A stretch of DNA of 57,898 bases, the filler included, from Sphacelaria rigidula (Eukaryota): NCBI GenBank assembly GCA_964200075.2. It is 6 parts of 6 records of this genome, joined end to end, with 100 filler letters (N's around TTAATTAATTAA, not from the genome) between each part and the next. Parts side by side here need not be neighbours in the genome. Positions count along the whole stretch, not along the records: positions 1 to 9,567 come from CAXNAA020008195.1; positions 9,668 to 19,234 come from CAXNAA020008196.1; 4 more parts are not named here. The stretch is one strand, 5' to 3'. This document shows, piece by piece, positions 1-12,024 of this stretch. Both the position numbers and the translations under genes were made by a program. A model generated the notes under the pieces. That model was not told the DNA's origin and searched no databases. It saw nothing but the letters and a program-made list of their open reading frames with translations. Position 1 is the first letter of the stretch. Every line of letters starts with the position of its first letter.

Positions 1-73
1 CGGGGGGGGGGGGGGCGGGGGTTTTGCGGTTTGGTGGTTTGCAGGGGGTTGGGGTCCGTGGCGCGGGGCACGT

Positions 74-108
<35 letters not shown>

Positions 109-1473
109 CTATCTACAAATGGATCGGTTGAAACTTATACTGCAAAGTAAGTGTGATGCCAATTCAACTTTCGAGACGTGACCGTATGCAAGGATGCTCT
201 TGCAGTAAAGACCCAGGAGTCTTGGCGCACAGAAGCCCAAATTACGAAATAGCCCATGCCCGCAAGACCCAAAACTAGCTTGTTTGTCACAGTAGCGGCG
301 TGGTCATCACGCAATCAACATCCGTGCTCCCCTGGGGGGTTTTGCACAATAGTGTCCAACGAGGAATTTCATGCATTGGATCATCTCGCCAGCGCTACCC
401 CTTCTACGCCCCAGATAATTTATTGCAAAAAAAAAAGGAAGTCTTACTCATTCGTGTTTCATTCTCGGTATCATGAAGAGGAATAGATATCATGTGATGT
501 GAGGATACGCATTGCAGAAACGGGTACAGTTAGGCCACTGGGAATCGGGCCAGACACAAAAATAATATGGTTCAAGGGCTTGTGCAGTCTGTAGGCGAAC
601 CGAAACACTCAAAACTATACTCCCTTCGAAAACACCGTGAGGTCAGCGTTGAGGCAATGCATGAATTCGTATTTCTTAAAATACAAGACGTGGCAAACAT
701 ACGCACGAAACACATGAGCATACGAACATGAGAACATACGCGCACACACGCCTTGGCATGATGTGTGGGAAATCGGTGAATCAAGGAAAAGATTCAAAAG
801 GCACCGACTCATCCCGACCGGAGGGTAGATTCGACCAAGATATCGAACCTGGGTGAAATTATTGAAGCGTTTTTTTTTTTTTTGGAGGAAAAAACATTTT
901 GAAACAAGAAATTCACGTCGACGCCTCTGATGCCAAACCCCCTCGAGGCTCGAGGGAAAAAATGAAGCGTTTTGCGAGTGCGACTCCTTGTTCTTGTTAT
1001 TCTCCTTCTTCACATTATAAACCGTTCCGATATCTGCGCAGTACTATGTACTGGGCATCTGAGGCGGACGTCTTGCGTGGCTACAGTCGAACTACCCCGA
1101 AATAGGGTAAAAGAAAACGACCATCATCCTGAATAGGATATCATGTGATATCACATGGAAGGCTATTCATCTACCGAAAATTTCCACACCCTTGAGCACT
1201 CCTGAGTACGCCACTCTCGCCAGAATATCTCTTTATCACGCAAGTGCTTTTGGACATAGATTTCAGAGGCGATGGCATTACTCCTACAAATCAAGGTGGA
1301 CCCGTCGTTGGGAATGTTTTTCAACACGATCTCGCGAAAATTGGTCTAACGGGCGCACTATTTTTCCAAGATACTGCGTTTGTGTCATCACGAGTGCTCC
1401 CCCCCCCCTCCACTTCAAGAACCATTGCTCTCCTTCGCAACAAAGTTAACACCACGTGACCCTCTGACCTCAC

Positions 1474-1593
1474 TTCAAAAAATAGCTGTTTCCACGTTAG
1501 CCCGTGCTCTGCGATCTGGCATTTCTGCCAGCCCAGCTGTTCAACGCAGCGCCGTTTCCAGTAGTTCTCGTCGAACACGTACAATGCTCCCAC
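1474..1593 (-). CDS. TCTE1: TCTE1/DRC5-like, coding exon C (gene continues beyond the scaffold start)
   Basis: aatatag|GTG acceptor and GAA|GTGAGG donor. VGALYVFDENYWKRRCVEQLGWQKCQIAEHGLTWKQLFFE matches the diagnostic DRC5 'ENYW.RCC...W..C.VA.HG.SWK.MFFE' motif. Confidence 0.88.
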
Positions 1594-1859
1594 CTATATT
1601 CTCCCCTCAAATAGGAAGTAAGCAGCGTGCAAGCACACACACACACACACACACACACAATCGAGTACGGCATCAATAGCGATCAAATCGTAGCGTGCTA
1701 GCGTGTTCGTTCCCGAACGCCCTGTTGTACAATGGGCCACGAAACGATCACTGAACGGCCAGATTTCCCCTCGGTCACAACCTTCCAACGACTGATGCCG
1801 CGATAGCACCCCCTCTACCCCCCGCGGGAAAGTGGCTGGTTTAAGGAGGCAAACTCAAT

Positions 1860-1968
1860 ATTGGTTGATTGATTGGTTGGTTGATTGATTGATCGATCGA
1901 TCGATCGATTGATTGTCGCACCTTAATTGACCCCTAGGGATCCAGCCGTGGTGTCATGATAGACGTAC
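1860..1968 (-). mobile_element. 3' end of a retroposon (LINE or SINE) with (TCAA)n tail; second copy at 51433-51509 (+)
   Basis: The shared ~55-nt sequence ...ACGTCYAYCATGA.ACCACGGCTGGA.CCCT.GGGGTCA.TTAA... is followed by (TCAA)n in both scaffolds. Confidence 0.65.
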
Positions 1969-2599
1969 CCGAGAAGAAAATAAAAATCTGAAAATACTCG
2001 CTGAAGAAGAAGAAAAAGAAGGAACATAAAAAGTCAAAAAATAGAACGACATACTACAGTAGATAGGATAACACGTCACAAAAAAAAAAAACGTGAAAAA
2101 AAAAAACAAATGATTGAAAAGTCATTTCAAAGCAAGGCACAGAAAGAAATGGCCAAAATGTGAATCAAAATGGCAACAACGCGAGAGCACACCGAGCAGT
2201 TAAGAACTCCCACGCTTGAAATCATTTTTGCCAATGTCGCCCATGGAAGGCGCTCAATGTAACCTGAAACCAGCTATCGCGCGCCCTATGGCCGGTTTCT
2301 TCGTGAAAGGATTTGGGGGTGGTTTTGGTGTACTCATGATCATGCATGCCCCTTCGAAACCACCCAGACCAGATATCGGTATTCACACAAGCCCGACAGT
2401 TATTCCCCATTCTGCGCTCCGAGACAGGATCTCAGATCCTTTCTGTTGCACGACAGCAACATGTCTTTGCACGTGAAAGTAGTTCCACCTAGGAGTCCTC
2501 GTCGAGGCCGGAGTGGTACACAAAAAACTCAGCAAATAGTGCGGTATGTGCTGGTCGTGCTGTGGGGCGGGTTTTGGGGGGGGGTGCTATCGCGGCATC

Positions 2600-2830
2600 A
2601 CTCGAGCCACTGCTGATAAGTATCGAACAGGGGAGATTCCGAATCCTGAGCTCTTGTAGACATGTCGCCGCACGAAATGTACGAACGTGAAACTTCTTCG
2701 CAAAACAAAATGTAGCACTTGGACCGTTTGGTCGCGACGCCGTCCATACGAGTCCACGTATTATGCCAGAGAGTCACGTTGAGGCTGGATTTTTCCAAGA
2801 GACGGTGCCCGTTCGGTGAAGATCCCCACA
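2600..2830 (-). pseudogene. Possible degenerate non-LTR retrotransposon AP-endonuclease fragment
   Basis: The translation NGHRLLEKSSLNVTLWHNTW...CYIL...DSESPL weakly resembles the RTE/CR1 endonuclease pattern 'NG.RLL.....L...NT..TW..IDYIL..SDH.L'. Confidence 0.35.
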
Positions 2831-4365
2831 TTCTTCGCGTCAAGGGCTGAACCTTCTGACAACGAGGCATGTCAAAAGGATTTTTTGGGGGGGGGAGCTT
2901 TAACGTGTGGAAACCCAAGCCATATAATAATGAAGTATACAGAAAGCACAAGTGGGACAAAAGCTGCCCCTTCGTTCGCTGCCAAAGGGCTGAAAATCGA
3001 AAGTTTGACTTTCAGCTGGTGTTTTTTTTTCCGACATGAACGATACAGGGGTGTGGCCTTTCGTTCCAAGATCGCACTACTGATTATTTGGGCTGAAGTC
3101 TGCTCGTCGGCTCCGATCTCCGTGCCGCTGAGAGCACCACCTCTAGTGGACGGCACGTCAGTCTCCGCATCAGGCCTGAGGGGTTCATGGCCTTGTCTCG
3201 CCCTGTGAGCGAAGTTGGTGAATGATGACACGAGATATCACGTCAAGCTTTGCTGCTACAAAGGGGCCAACGGTGATATGTATATATTATCATTGCCTAA
3301 TGCCGAGATGGTCCCCCACAAAAAGAGCACCCGAGACCGTCCGACAAACCGGCTGCGATCTTACTACTGGGCTCGTTTGCAGCAATTTCGCCCACATGAG
3401 AGGCGTGTGGCAGTCCGAAATCAGTTGGAACACCAAAATGAGTCGCGTCGTGCAGCACGGAACCAGCCCTAACAGCATTTATGATGATCGCCTCCGTGCA
3501 CTTTCCTTGCCGGTTCGGGGGGATTATCACGGCAGCAGTCCATTCACTTTTTGTTAGTAGAGATCGATACAACGGCCTGGGACTTGGGAGCAAGCATAAC
3601 TACGAAATTTTCACCGCGGGTGAGTCAGACCCTCTGTGAAGCTGGATGACTGATTCTTGTCAGCTGTTTTGCTACATGGAGGCTGTCCCGCCTCGTCTCT
3701 ACGTAGCCTCGCGAAAAAGTGGTTAACCTTATATATCTTACTTTTAGAAAGATACACCGTACGGCGCATTCGCGTCGCTGGTGCTCATGTACATACCTGC
3801 ACCACAGTACATGCTTCACGATAGTAGGTACGCCTTCATTAATTCCCCACCGTAGGACACGGCGCGTACCATCCGTACGTAGCACATGTTCGCTACCCCT
3901 GAATAACACCCGCGCCGATACGTTTTCGATTGCTCCAGGCAAAACTCGAGCACCCACAACAGTACTCTACCGGGGTATATCGTATATCCCCCCCCGCCCC
4001 CCTCCCCGCGCGAGAGAAAGCCTCCGAGATATAAGAATTCGCCCTCGAAAAGTCATCATCCGGGGGTTGTGAAAACCGACCGTTCCCGTGTTGGGACTGT
4101 AGTCTGACTTGGCAAACACCTACATACAGCATCACGGAAAACGATAGCAAGGAGGTGCAAGTCTAGGCATCGGTAAACACCACTAGGGGAACCGACATTT
4201 TCATTGGAAAAAAAAAAAAAAGGGTATTCGATCACCTTCACGATATCTATTGGAAATTATGTTTCTGTAGTAGCGTTCCCAGGGGGGCGGCTGAATGAGC
4301 GGATATTGTGTGCTTCTGCTCTGCCATGGCGGTGTGACCGGCCGACTGAGACTCTCTACCTTCAC

Positions 4366-4604
4366 CTTCGGGTCGAGACGTGTGCTGAGATCAGCACTGA
4401 TTGCCTGCAAAAACTTGGCTGGAATTCCCTTCGGCTCAGCATGCTGCTGATCTCTCGATGATCGAGGCTCTTCCCCCTCGTCCCGCGGTCCTCCTTCGAC
4501 AATCCCTACACCAGAATTCCCCGCCACCACACCGATAAGAGAGCCCTCCTCGCTGGCCGCGGCAGCGCTGAGCGACTCTGCGACAATGGAATTAACCCCC
4601 ATTA
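4366..4604 (-). CDS. TCTE1: TCTE1/DRC5-like, coding exon B
   Basis: Branch-like ctaac followed by caaaag acceptor. The phase-1 join gives IA-V-MGVNS. The 3' part GIPAKFLQAISADLSTRLDPK matches the DRC5 'LP....V...LS.DLP' segment. Donor AAG|GTGAAG. Confidence 0.7.
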
Positions 4605-5073
4605 CTTTTGAGTGTTAGCTCTTTGTTTCTCCAATCCCCATGTGTGGCGTGGTACGACCGGTCGCAGATGACGTAGAATAACACCCCCGGTGACGAATAC
4701 TCCATTCTCGCGATAAAAACCAAGACCCCGCGAACCCCCAGGAAACCAATTTGACGCACACATCAAATGATTCGAGCGTGGATATTTTGCCAGCAACGAG
4801 ATTGCCGAGTAAGTATTTGACAGCGTGTGACTGCCGCGATGTTTCCCTTCAGGCCTAGGTTGTAGAAAAACAAAACACACCATCCACGACATTTGAGCTC
4901 CATCGCCTACGACATCTAGGATTCAAGCGGATGGCTTGCTTTGCTTCTTCCCTTGCATCTTCACAAGGAACGATCGCCAACCCACGCAGCGGAAGAGAGA
5001 GACAGTGAGAATCTGCGTATTTCCCCAAGACAGGATGACAGAGGAGAAACGTAAAACTCCTTCCCCCCCAACG

Positions 5074-5764
5074 CCCCCTGTGGGTATGGAAGAAGCATAA
5101 CGAGCGCCCAAATGTTGGACGTGTCTCTCATAGGAGTAGGAACGGTGCTCCGTCTCGAAAGGGATGTGTGGTCAATGGTCAAACGACCGAGGCAAGCAAC
5201 AAACGAGCATCGCCCCTCCCGGTCCCGCTCGCCTCCCATCCCATGGGGTTGGCCTTGGTTGGCAACGATGCCATAATACACCTCACTCACTGCGTGAGCT
5301 AGACGTAAGCTAGGCAACCAGGTAACCGGGGATTTCTAGCGTTTGTGTTTTTCTTGCCGCAACCATGATGGTGGTCGAGCTAGATGATGTTGTGCTAAGT
5401 GAGGAAACCCGAACTCCGCGCAAAGGGGATGATCGTAATTCGTAGTGTTTATATGGTGAGACACCGATGAGGCAGTATGTGACCCGTGGCTTTCTCTGGA
5501 AGTGGCGATGCCAGAGAATAAAGCAACCCATTGGAAGCTTGTCATCCACATGCAAGATAATCAGTAAGCTTCGGATCGAACCATCTTAGCAAGATGCAGC
5601 TTATCCTTCATGCGACTCGCCGAACGCGTCACGGCGCTTCGCGCTTGGCGATTGATTGCGAGCCTGGTCCGGCGATAATCCGTCGTGTTTTGTCCCGGCT
5701 TTGTAGGGATGCGAGGTCAATGACCATATAGCTACATCATGCAAGATCATGAGTACACCCCCCC
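5074..5764 (-). repeat. Unclassified ~700-bp modular interspersed repeat (family A), near full-length copy
   Basis: Clear homology to 12025-12843, 21610-21750, 27985-28290, 28831-28900, 38667-39355 and 49535-49603. Shared strings include GCGCGAAGCGCCGTGA..TTCGGCGAGTCGCAT and CCCTTTCGAGACGGAGCACCGTTCC. Confidence 0.9.
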
Positions 5765-6005
5765 ACCCCTTCCCTGAAGATTTTGCTGAGCGGGTCGCCA
5801 CGCAACATGGTAGTAGTACTGAGCAGTAGCGCCCTCTTCCGCCTAAAAAGCGCGGCGGGCGCGCGGGGGGGGGGGCGGGGGGGGGGGGCCGCCCAAAAAA
5901 CCCCCCCTTGGCCTTCCCTCTTTTTTCCCCCCCTCTCCCCCCCCTCTCCTTTTNNNNNNNNNNCGGGGGAGTAGTCCGGAGCAGGCGCCCCCTCCCCCGC
6001 AAAAA

Positions 6006-6040
<35 letters not shown>

Positions 6041-6692
6041 GCATCCTCTCCAATAACACCCACTTGGTCGTTGCACTATTGTCCCGCCCTCTTCCATGTC
6101 GCTACTTGTATGGTACATCGTGAGGAGGTTATGTTTAGCGTAAGAGTTGGGTTGTGTTCGAGGGTAGACCAGGATTGCATAGCAGCCAGTGTGATGGCGT
6201 ACTGCGGCACCCCCTTCTCTTCAAAAAACGATAACCCCGTTTTAGCGAGAAGAAAGTTTTTCGGATATGGTATACTTTACGCGCCGTGTTGGCCGCACGC
6301 ATCAACGTTCGCGAAACACGAGGATTGGGCAATCCTTTTTTCCCAAGGCGAAAATGACACGGCGCTCCTGACGACGATCTGGAGTTTTCGAAAGATCCCG
6401 CTACAGTATGACGTGTTGTTAACTGCAAATTGTCCAGCGGCGGGGGCGATAGCGGCTTGGCTGGTAGAAATATTGGGAAACGTCGGGATCTAGTACGACC
6501 GGTGGGTCTGAGGTGCGTGTGTAACCTCCGTGGCCAGACTTAGGGATGAAGTAGGGGACGCAATTCGTGCTTCGTTACTTTGCTGATAACCGTATATTAT
6601 GACCAAGCAGCTCGAGCAGCGGTTGGGGTAGGAGTACGCGTACTGGCTGTTGCGGACTTGCCGTGCTCGACTACAACTGCTGAAGTGGGCTA

Positions 6693-7241
6693 TAGTAGTG
6701 GGCGGTCTGACTATCCACTTTGTGGCATTTTGTGATTTTTTCGTAACTGGCGATTTTCTTGGGCTCTTTCCGCTTGCCACCGCTTATCACATCGGGGATT
6801 TGAAGATATTTGTATCCGCTCCATATTCCAAGAAAAACAATAATCTGTGCTCAATATTGAGTGACTTACGAGCTGACCGGTCATCGGGGGTCCTGCCACG
6901 TTTCAGCCCAGATTCTCACTCTTCTGTAGTTTCGGTCGATCGAGCCTGTGCCGATCATATTTGTGAAGAAATGTACAATTTTATGTTTTTGAAATTCTGC
7001 TCCCCCATTGCACTAGGGTCGAACAACTGTGTTTCCCGGTCAAAAACACTCTCCTGATAAACGGGCTATTTACTCGTTCCGCCCGATAACGCTAACTGAC
7101 ACTGAGCTGGGCACTGTGTTTCGAGGATGAACTATTCATTGTACCAAAATCTACCGACGCTAGCAATTTCGAGTTCTATCGAAGAGTAGTGCGCGAGGAA
7201 ATGCCCCAAACACCCCCGAATAGTGAGACCGCCCACTACTG
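6693..7241. mobile_element. Tc1/mariner/pogo-type MITE (~550 bp)
   Basis: TIR (C/T)AGTAGTGGGCGGTCT.ACTA at both ends, flanked by TA. A colinear homologous copy lies at 13557-14105. Confidence 0.88.
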
Positions 7242-7493
7242 TACGGTTGTTTAATGCCTACTTTCGTCACCGAAGGATCTGCTTGATGATATACTGGCAA
7301 GTATCAATAAAGACGTACTGCCCAGCGAGCCAGACTCTTCAGTCATACCATATGGACGATACCCTAAGTCACCCACAGGTAATCCTGCTAATCTCGTATC
7401 TCAGGCGGCAATAGGATAATGATCGATAATTTTCTGACACAAATGGAGGCTCGTTTTTCAGTATCTCGCTTGCGCTCACTCTCTTTCTCGCAC

Positions 7494-7750
7494 CGGCAAT
7501 GTCACGCCCCTTCTTCTCTTCCCCGTCATCGCTCTCCTTCGGCTTGATAACTGCATCGGAACCGCGGGTCGCGTCGTGAGCCGGAAGTCGCTCGAAGTTC
7601 TCGACGATCACCTTCACGCATTTCTTCGTGAGGGTCTCTCTTGCAGGATTGTCCTTGACGAACGGGTGGGTCACGGAACGGATAGCAGGGGAAGGGCGTG
7701 TTGTTGTTGTTGTTTTCCGAGCGGGGTTAACGACTGCCGACGAAAGACTC
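7494..7750 (-). CDS. TCTE1: TCTE1/DRC5 (dynein regulatory complex subunit 5)-like, coding exon A (an upstream exon was not located)
   Basis: Acceptor ttcccttctcccag at 7751-7753. Encodes ...PARETLTKKCVKVIVENFERLP, resembling the DRC5 N-terminal 'LTELCIQHIIRNF..NP' segment (recalled family motif). Donor G|GTGCGA is phase-compatible with the next exon. Confidence 0.7.
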
Positions 7751-9567
7751 CTGGGAGAAGGGAAGTCTTGACAAATGCATGCATGTTAGCGTCGAGCAAT
7801 AATCATCAGAGGTGAATGAGGATATGCAAAAACATTAGATACAGGCTGGCCCTCGCTACTTGACACCACGACGTATATCTGGCGCAAACAGGACGAACAG
7901 CAGCCTCAAGTACCGCAATAAGTAGGTTTCCCTGCAGCCGTACAACCATCCTGGAGTGCGCCGTGCGTTCTTATCTGATATCCAGGCACTACTTGCCATT
8001 TCACACTATCCTGGGCCGCCGAAATGCGACCTCCAGTGGCGGTACTCGTTGATGGCGGTTTGGTACAAGAATCAAGATACCTGTTAAATCTTGGCTGACA
8101 ACCCTGAATGGTTGGTGGGTGTGTGCGTGAGGAGCTGACCTCAAGGCGAGAACAGCGATGCCTTTTTCTTCCGGCTTCTGACCAACTCGTCGCTGTTCGA
8201 AAGCTTGGGCGAAGCCAAAAACTATCGAGGGCAACATCCAAGGGTCACGTGCGGGATTTCCCGTACACTGTGGAAAATCTGCATATATCTTGGATTTACG
8301 CTCGAGGTTTGAGAGTGAGGTTTGAGAGTGAGGAATGTTGAAGAGGGGTGCAAATCAATGATTTTGAGGTCGTCCTTGAAGTGGTGACGCTCTATCTCTC
8401 TCTTCCTGTTCCGAGAACAAGGGCGGATCTTATTTCGGTAGACTCAGTCACATGGGCCTGACTCTGCAAAAGAGAAGAAAAGGGCACGATGAATAGTTCA
8501 AGGATGACCTGAAAGTCATTGAAATGCACCTTTCCCCCTAAACCTCAGGTTCCGATTCTTCAAAAAGGAATAATCCAGGGTCGCACTTAGTGTGCCTCAG
8601 GCAGTGTGACAAGCCTGAAGACGATGTTTGTAGCAGATTACCGACAGGAAACTTCGATTCTTCCTATATTCTCACACCATGGCTTCATAAGTAACGTCTT
8701 TCTACCCTATCCCAATACACCGTTAATATGTCGTAGCACGAAGTCGTAGTTTTGTAGAGGTAATGCAGGGTGTGTACTGCACGAGCAATCGCAACAACAC
8801 TGGAAGAATAAACCACCTCTGAACACCGAAATAAATACTGGGCAGTTCTGATTTTGTCGGGTCTGGTATGCACTCGTTATTTGACACATTCTTTCCATAT
8901 CCAAATCTCTGAATAAGATCTCGTCAGCCCCCATAGTACTCGGTATTCCAACCCTAACCCAGCAAGTAGACAACAAACTCTCACAGCCAAAGTGCTCGCG
9001 CGTGGGTGGCAGAGAAAGGTATGGAGAGGAAAAACCGGGAAATTCGGAAGGAGCTGTGGCTACGATATTTTGAATCCCCGGAGGATATGCAGACTAGAAA
9101 CCTGGTTCACATCGATGGCCGATGCAGCGAAATAAATGCCGTGGCTGTGTGAAGAAAGCTGAGAGTACAAGGCGTTTTTCTTCAGGCCCTCTCGCACGAA
9201 CAAATCGCAGGAGTTTGATCCACTTCACACGCTCCATAATTTTTGCAATCAGAGAGCATGCATAACCACGAGAGGACGGAGGAAAGTGTCAACAGATCCA
9301 AAACACACACTGCCGGAGTGATTTACTTGAAGATTGTGACCTTACGCCGACCCCTAGCTCGAGAACATCTGCCTCTCGATGATGCACGTCTCGATTACCA
9401 CGACGAGGAAATTCGCACACTTCGTTGCGTGGTGACCTACGTCAGCTAGCTGACCGTTGGGACGTGAGGTCATTTCCTTCTAATGTTCCACGGTTAGGAC
9501 AAAGAATGATTCGTCCGGAAATTACTTGGTTTTAGTAGAATACGTTGACTCGTGATGAATGAATCCC

Positions 9568-9667
9568 NNNNNNNNNNNNNNNNNNNNNNNNNNNNNNNNN
9601 NNNNNNNNNNNTTAATTAATTAANNNNNNNNNNNNNNNNNNNNNNNNNNNNNNNNNNNNNNNNNNNN
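9568..9667. other. Artificial scaffold-joining spacer (N44-TTAATTAATTAA-N44). Identical spacers at 19235-19334, 28901-29000, 38567-38666 and 48233-48332
   Basis: Five identical 100-nt spacers with a six-frame stop linker separate segments of 9567/9567/9566/9566/9566/9566 bp. Segment ends fall in poly-G, microsatellites or repeats. Confidence 0.98.
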
Positions 9668-10513
9668 ATAAAAATAATAATAATACTGATAATAATAATA
9701 ATAATAATAATAATAATCTGCATACATTTCACACCGTCCCAGCTGTCACCCCATTTCAACTAGAATATGTTTCATTTTTGCCATTATCCAGAGGTAATCG
9801 TTATCCAGAAGTAATTATCCAGAAGCAATTATCCAGATATCGAACTTTCGGTTGATCTCTGACCGTACCGGTTTTGTTGCTCAACCCCCTTCCCCGTCTG
9901 CAAAGAAGTGTAAAAGGTGACGAGAAGTAGTGCAAATATTTATGGAACGGTCCTCGTATTCCGGGTATCATCGATCACGAGGGAGGTATCTTGCGCGAGT
10001 TATGAGGGTACACAGGTTGTTGTTGGCGTTTCGAGTACACCTGATGCGGATTACACAGGTGTGCCTCAGGAGGTGATGTAAAGATAAACAGAGTATACGA
10101 ATCACCTACGGAAACCCTGGTACGAATCACCGGGTCGTACAGATCTTTCGTCAGGCCATGTGTACAGAGCAACCGGGTTAAACGGGTCATACGGGTACAG
10201 ATCAATCGCAGATCGCAAAGTTCATACGACTGACCTCCGGGCAGGCTTGCGGGAGCCACCCGTGCTCATCAACGCGGGCAATATACACGTCGATGACTCT
10301 TCACCGGAATGTTTTGTCAGACGCTAGCCAAACAGCGGCATGGTGGGTCAATTGAGCGTATAGTTATATCTTGTTTCTTGCTTTTCCCGTGGCGCATGAG
10401 TGCGCGCCCCGAACGAGGAAATACGATTACAGTCGTCCATACTGCCGCTGGTACAACTGAACATACGTCTCATCTACGCAAATTCTAACCATTATTCCTC
10501 ACCACTACTTGCC

Positions 10514-10853
10514 GGTCGCCCCGGTGGCTCAGTTGGTGACCTCGAAACCCTCTGACGGTTGGGTCGTGGGTTCGAATCTCAGAGCGATCTGGTTTTTTTT
10601 CTATCACCATGCCCAACCGTGGAGAGCGACTATGTCATGGGTACACAAAATTCGACTTCACGGTTGACGAGGGAAAGGAACTGCTGCAGCCCTCTCGCGG
10701 TAAAAGTAAAAGGCAAGCACCGCGGGAGGAAGGTGGGGTACTAAAACAAAACAAAAATGAAAACATTCCTGTGTTAATCTTCCCCCTGTAACCCGGCTGG
10801 TGCGCCCACATATACCGAAAGATGTAGACCGGCGCCAGAATAGATGGAACGGC

Positions 10854-10896
<43 letters not shown>
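10514..10896 (+). mobile_element. tRNA-derived SINE with (CA)n tail
   Basis: Pol III A box GGTGGCTCAGTTGG and B box GGTTCGAATC, a unique body and a (CA)n tail. Homologous copies at 48803-49151 (-), 55870-56171 (-) and a 3' half at 55040-55150 (+). Confidence 0.88.
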
Positions 10897-10898
<2 letters not shown>

Positions 10899-12024
10899 CT
10901 GCTACTACTACCGGAGTGAAAAAGCCCAAATTACGTTCCGACACGACGCTTAGCGCTAAGAGCACACGAAGAAGAATGCTACCAAGTGAAGTCAATGCTC
11001 ATGCTCAGAGGCCGCTGCTGTAGTTACTATTCAAGTGTGAACTGGGAAGGTGTTGTTATCAGCAAAGCGATGCGTGTTGTGCGAAATAACCTCGCCCCTT
11101 GGGCTCATTACATGTCCCCTTTCTTCCACACGTTTACACAGTGTTCAGCATGCGAGCAGATCAAAGTTATTTTTCTGAGGCTACACACTAAGGCCCAGAT
11201 GTTTGTCATGGACAGGGTCCGACAGTGAAGAGCCTCCGAAAAAAATGTGCACCCCTACCGTGGAACTATTCGGAATAAATGAACGTACTTCATGTTCCAT
11301 GTGCCCGGGCTGCTACAGTCAATCTACGGGCTTATGAACATGCACGATGTACCCGGGCCATGCTGTTGTATACCTGATACGGGTCTTGCGGGTGCGGGAA
11401 AGTGTTTCTTGCACACGAGATTCGGATGGCACGGGTAAAGGGTAGCTTTTGGTATACATGAGATTCAAATCGCGCGGGTCGATGAGACGCTGCTGCGTTT
11501 GCCTGAGCCGAGTTATGCAAATGACAACTGTGTGATGTTGTACAGATGACACAGTTCTGCAGATCAGTTGTGCACGAAGGTGTGTGTGAAGCGGGTGCTA
11601 CAGCTCGTCGCTCGGCCAATATGTACAGGTCAAGCGGGTCCTACAGATCACCATCGGACAAGAGTGCACGGGTGACAGCACACCTCCGACAGATCACGAT
11701 CTATGCCCCAGATGAGCCGACCCGGATCTGTCACGAGCTGACCTGTCCGACGTGTGAACACACCAGTAGTCGACTGGTCACAGAATTGCCACTGAGGCTA
11801 AACAGTAGTAGAGTAGAACTCATGAAGTGGGAGAACGTTAACTATACGATGACCGAGGCGTGTTAGAGAGGGAAATGTGAGAATGAAGCAAATGTGACGT
11901 GAAATCGTTTGACACAATGGACCGTAGCGAAAAAACAATCACTACACTAGGAAGAGGATGGTGGTCACAGATGGCGAAACAGGAACGGGATAAAATACGT
12001 CAACAAATCTAGTCTTGTATAAAA

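Noticed and set aside
5601-6123. Pro/Gly-rich ORFs
   Set aside because: They arise from poly-G/C tracts around a 10-N gap, which is low-quality sequence.
6650-7057. Conserved protein family (similar ORFs at 6650 and 13562, and the 'HKAGTEHA' ORFs)
   Set aside because: The similarity comes from non-coding repeat copies, and frames are not preserved among copies.
9612-9623. Recurrent TTAATTAATTAA motif as a biological site
   Set aside because: It is an artificial linker embedded in N runs.
10514-10590. Functional tRNA gene
   Set aside because: No convincing cloverleaf, and it is attached to a body and tail repeated elsewhere, so it is a SINE head.
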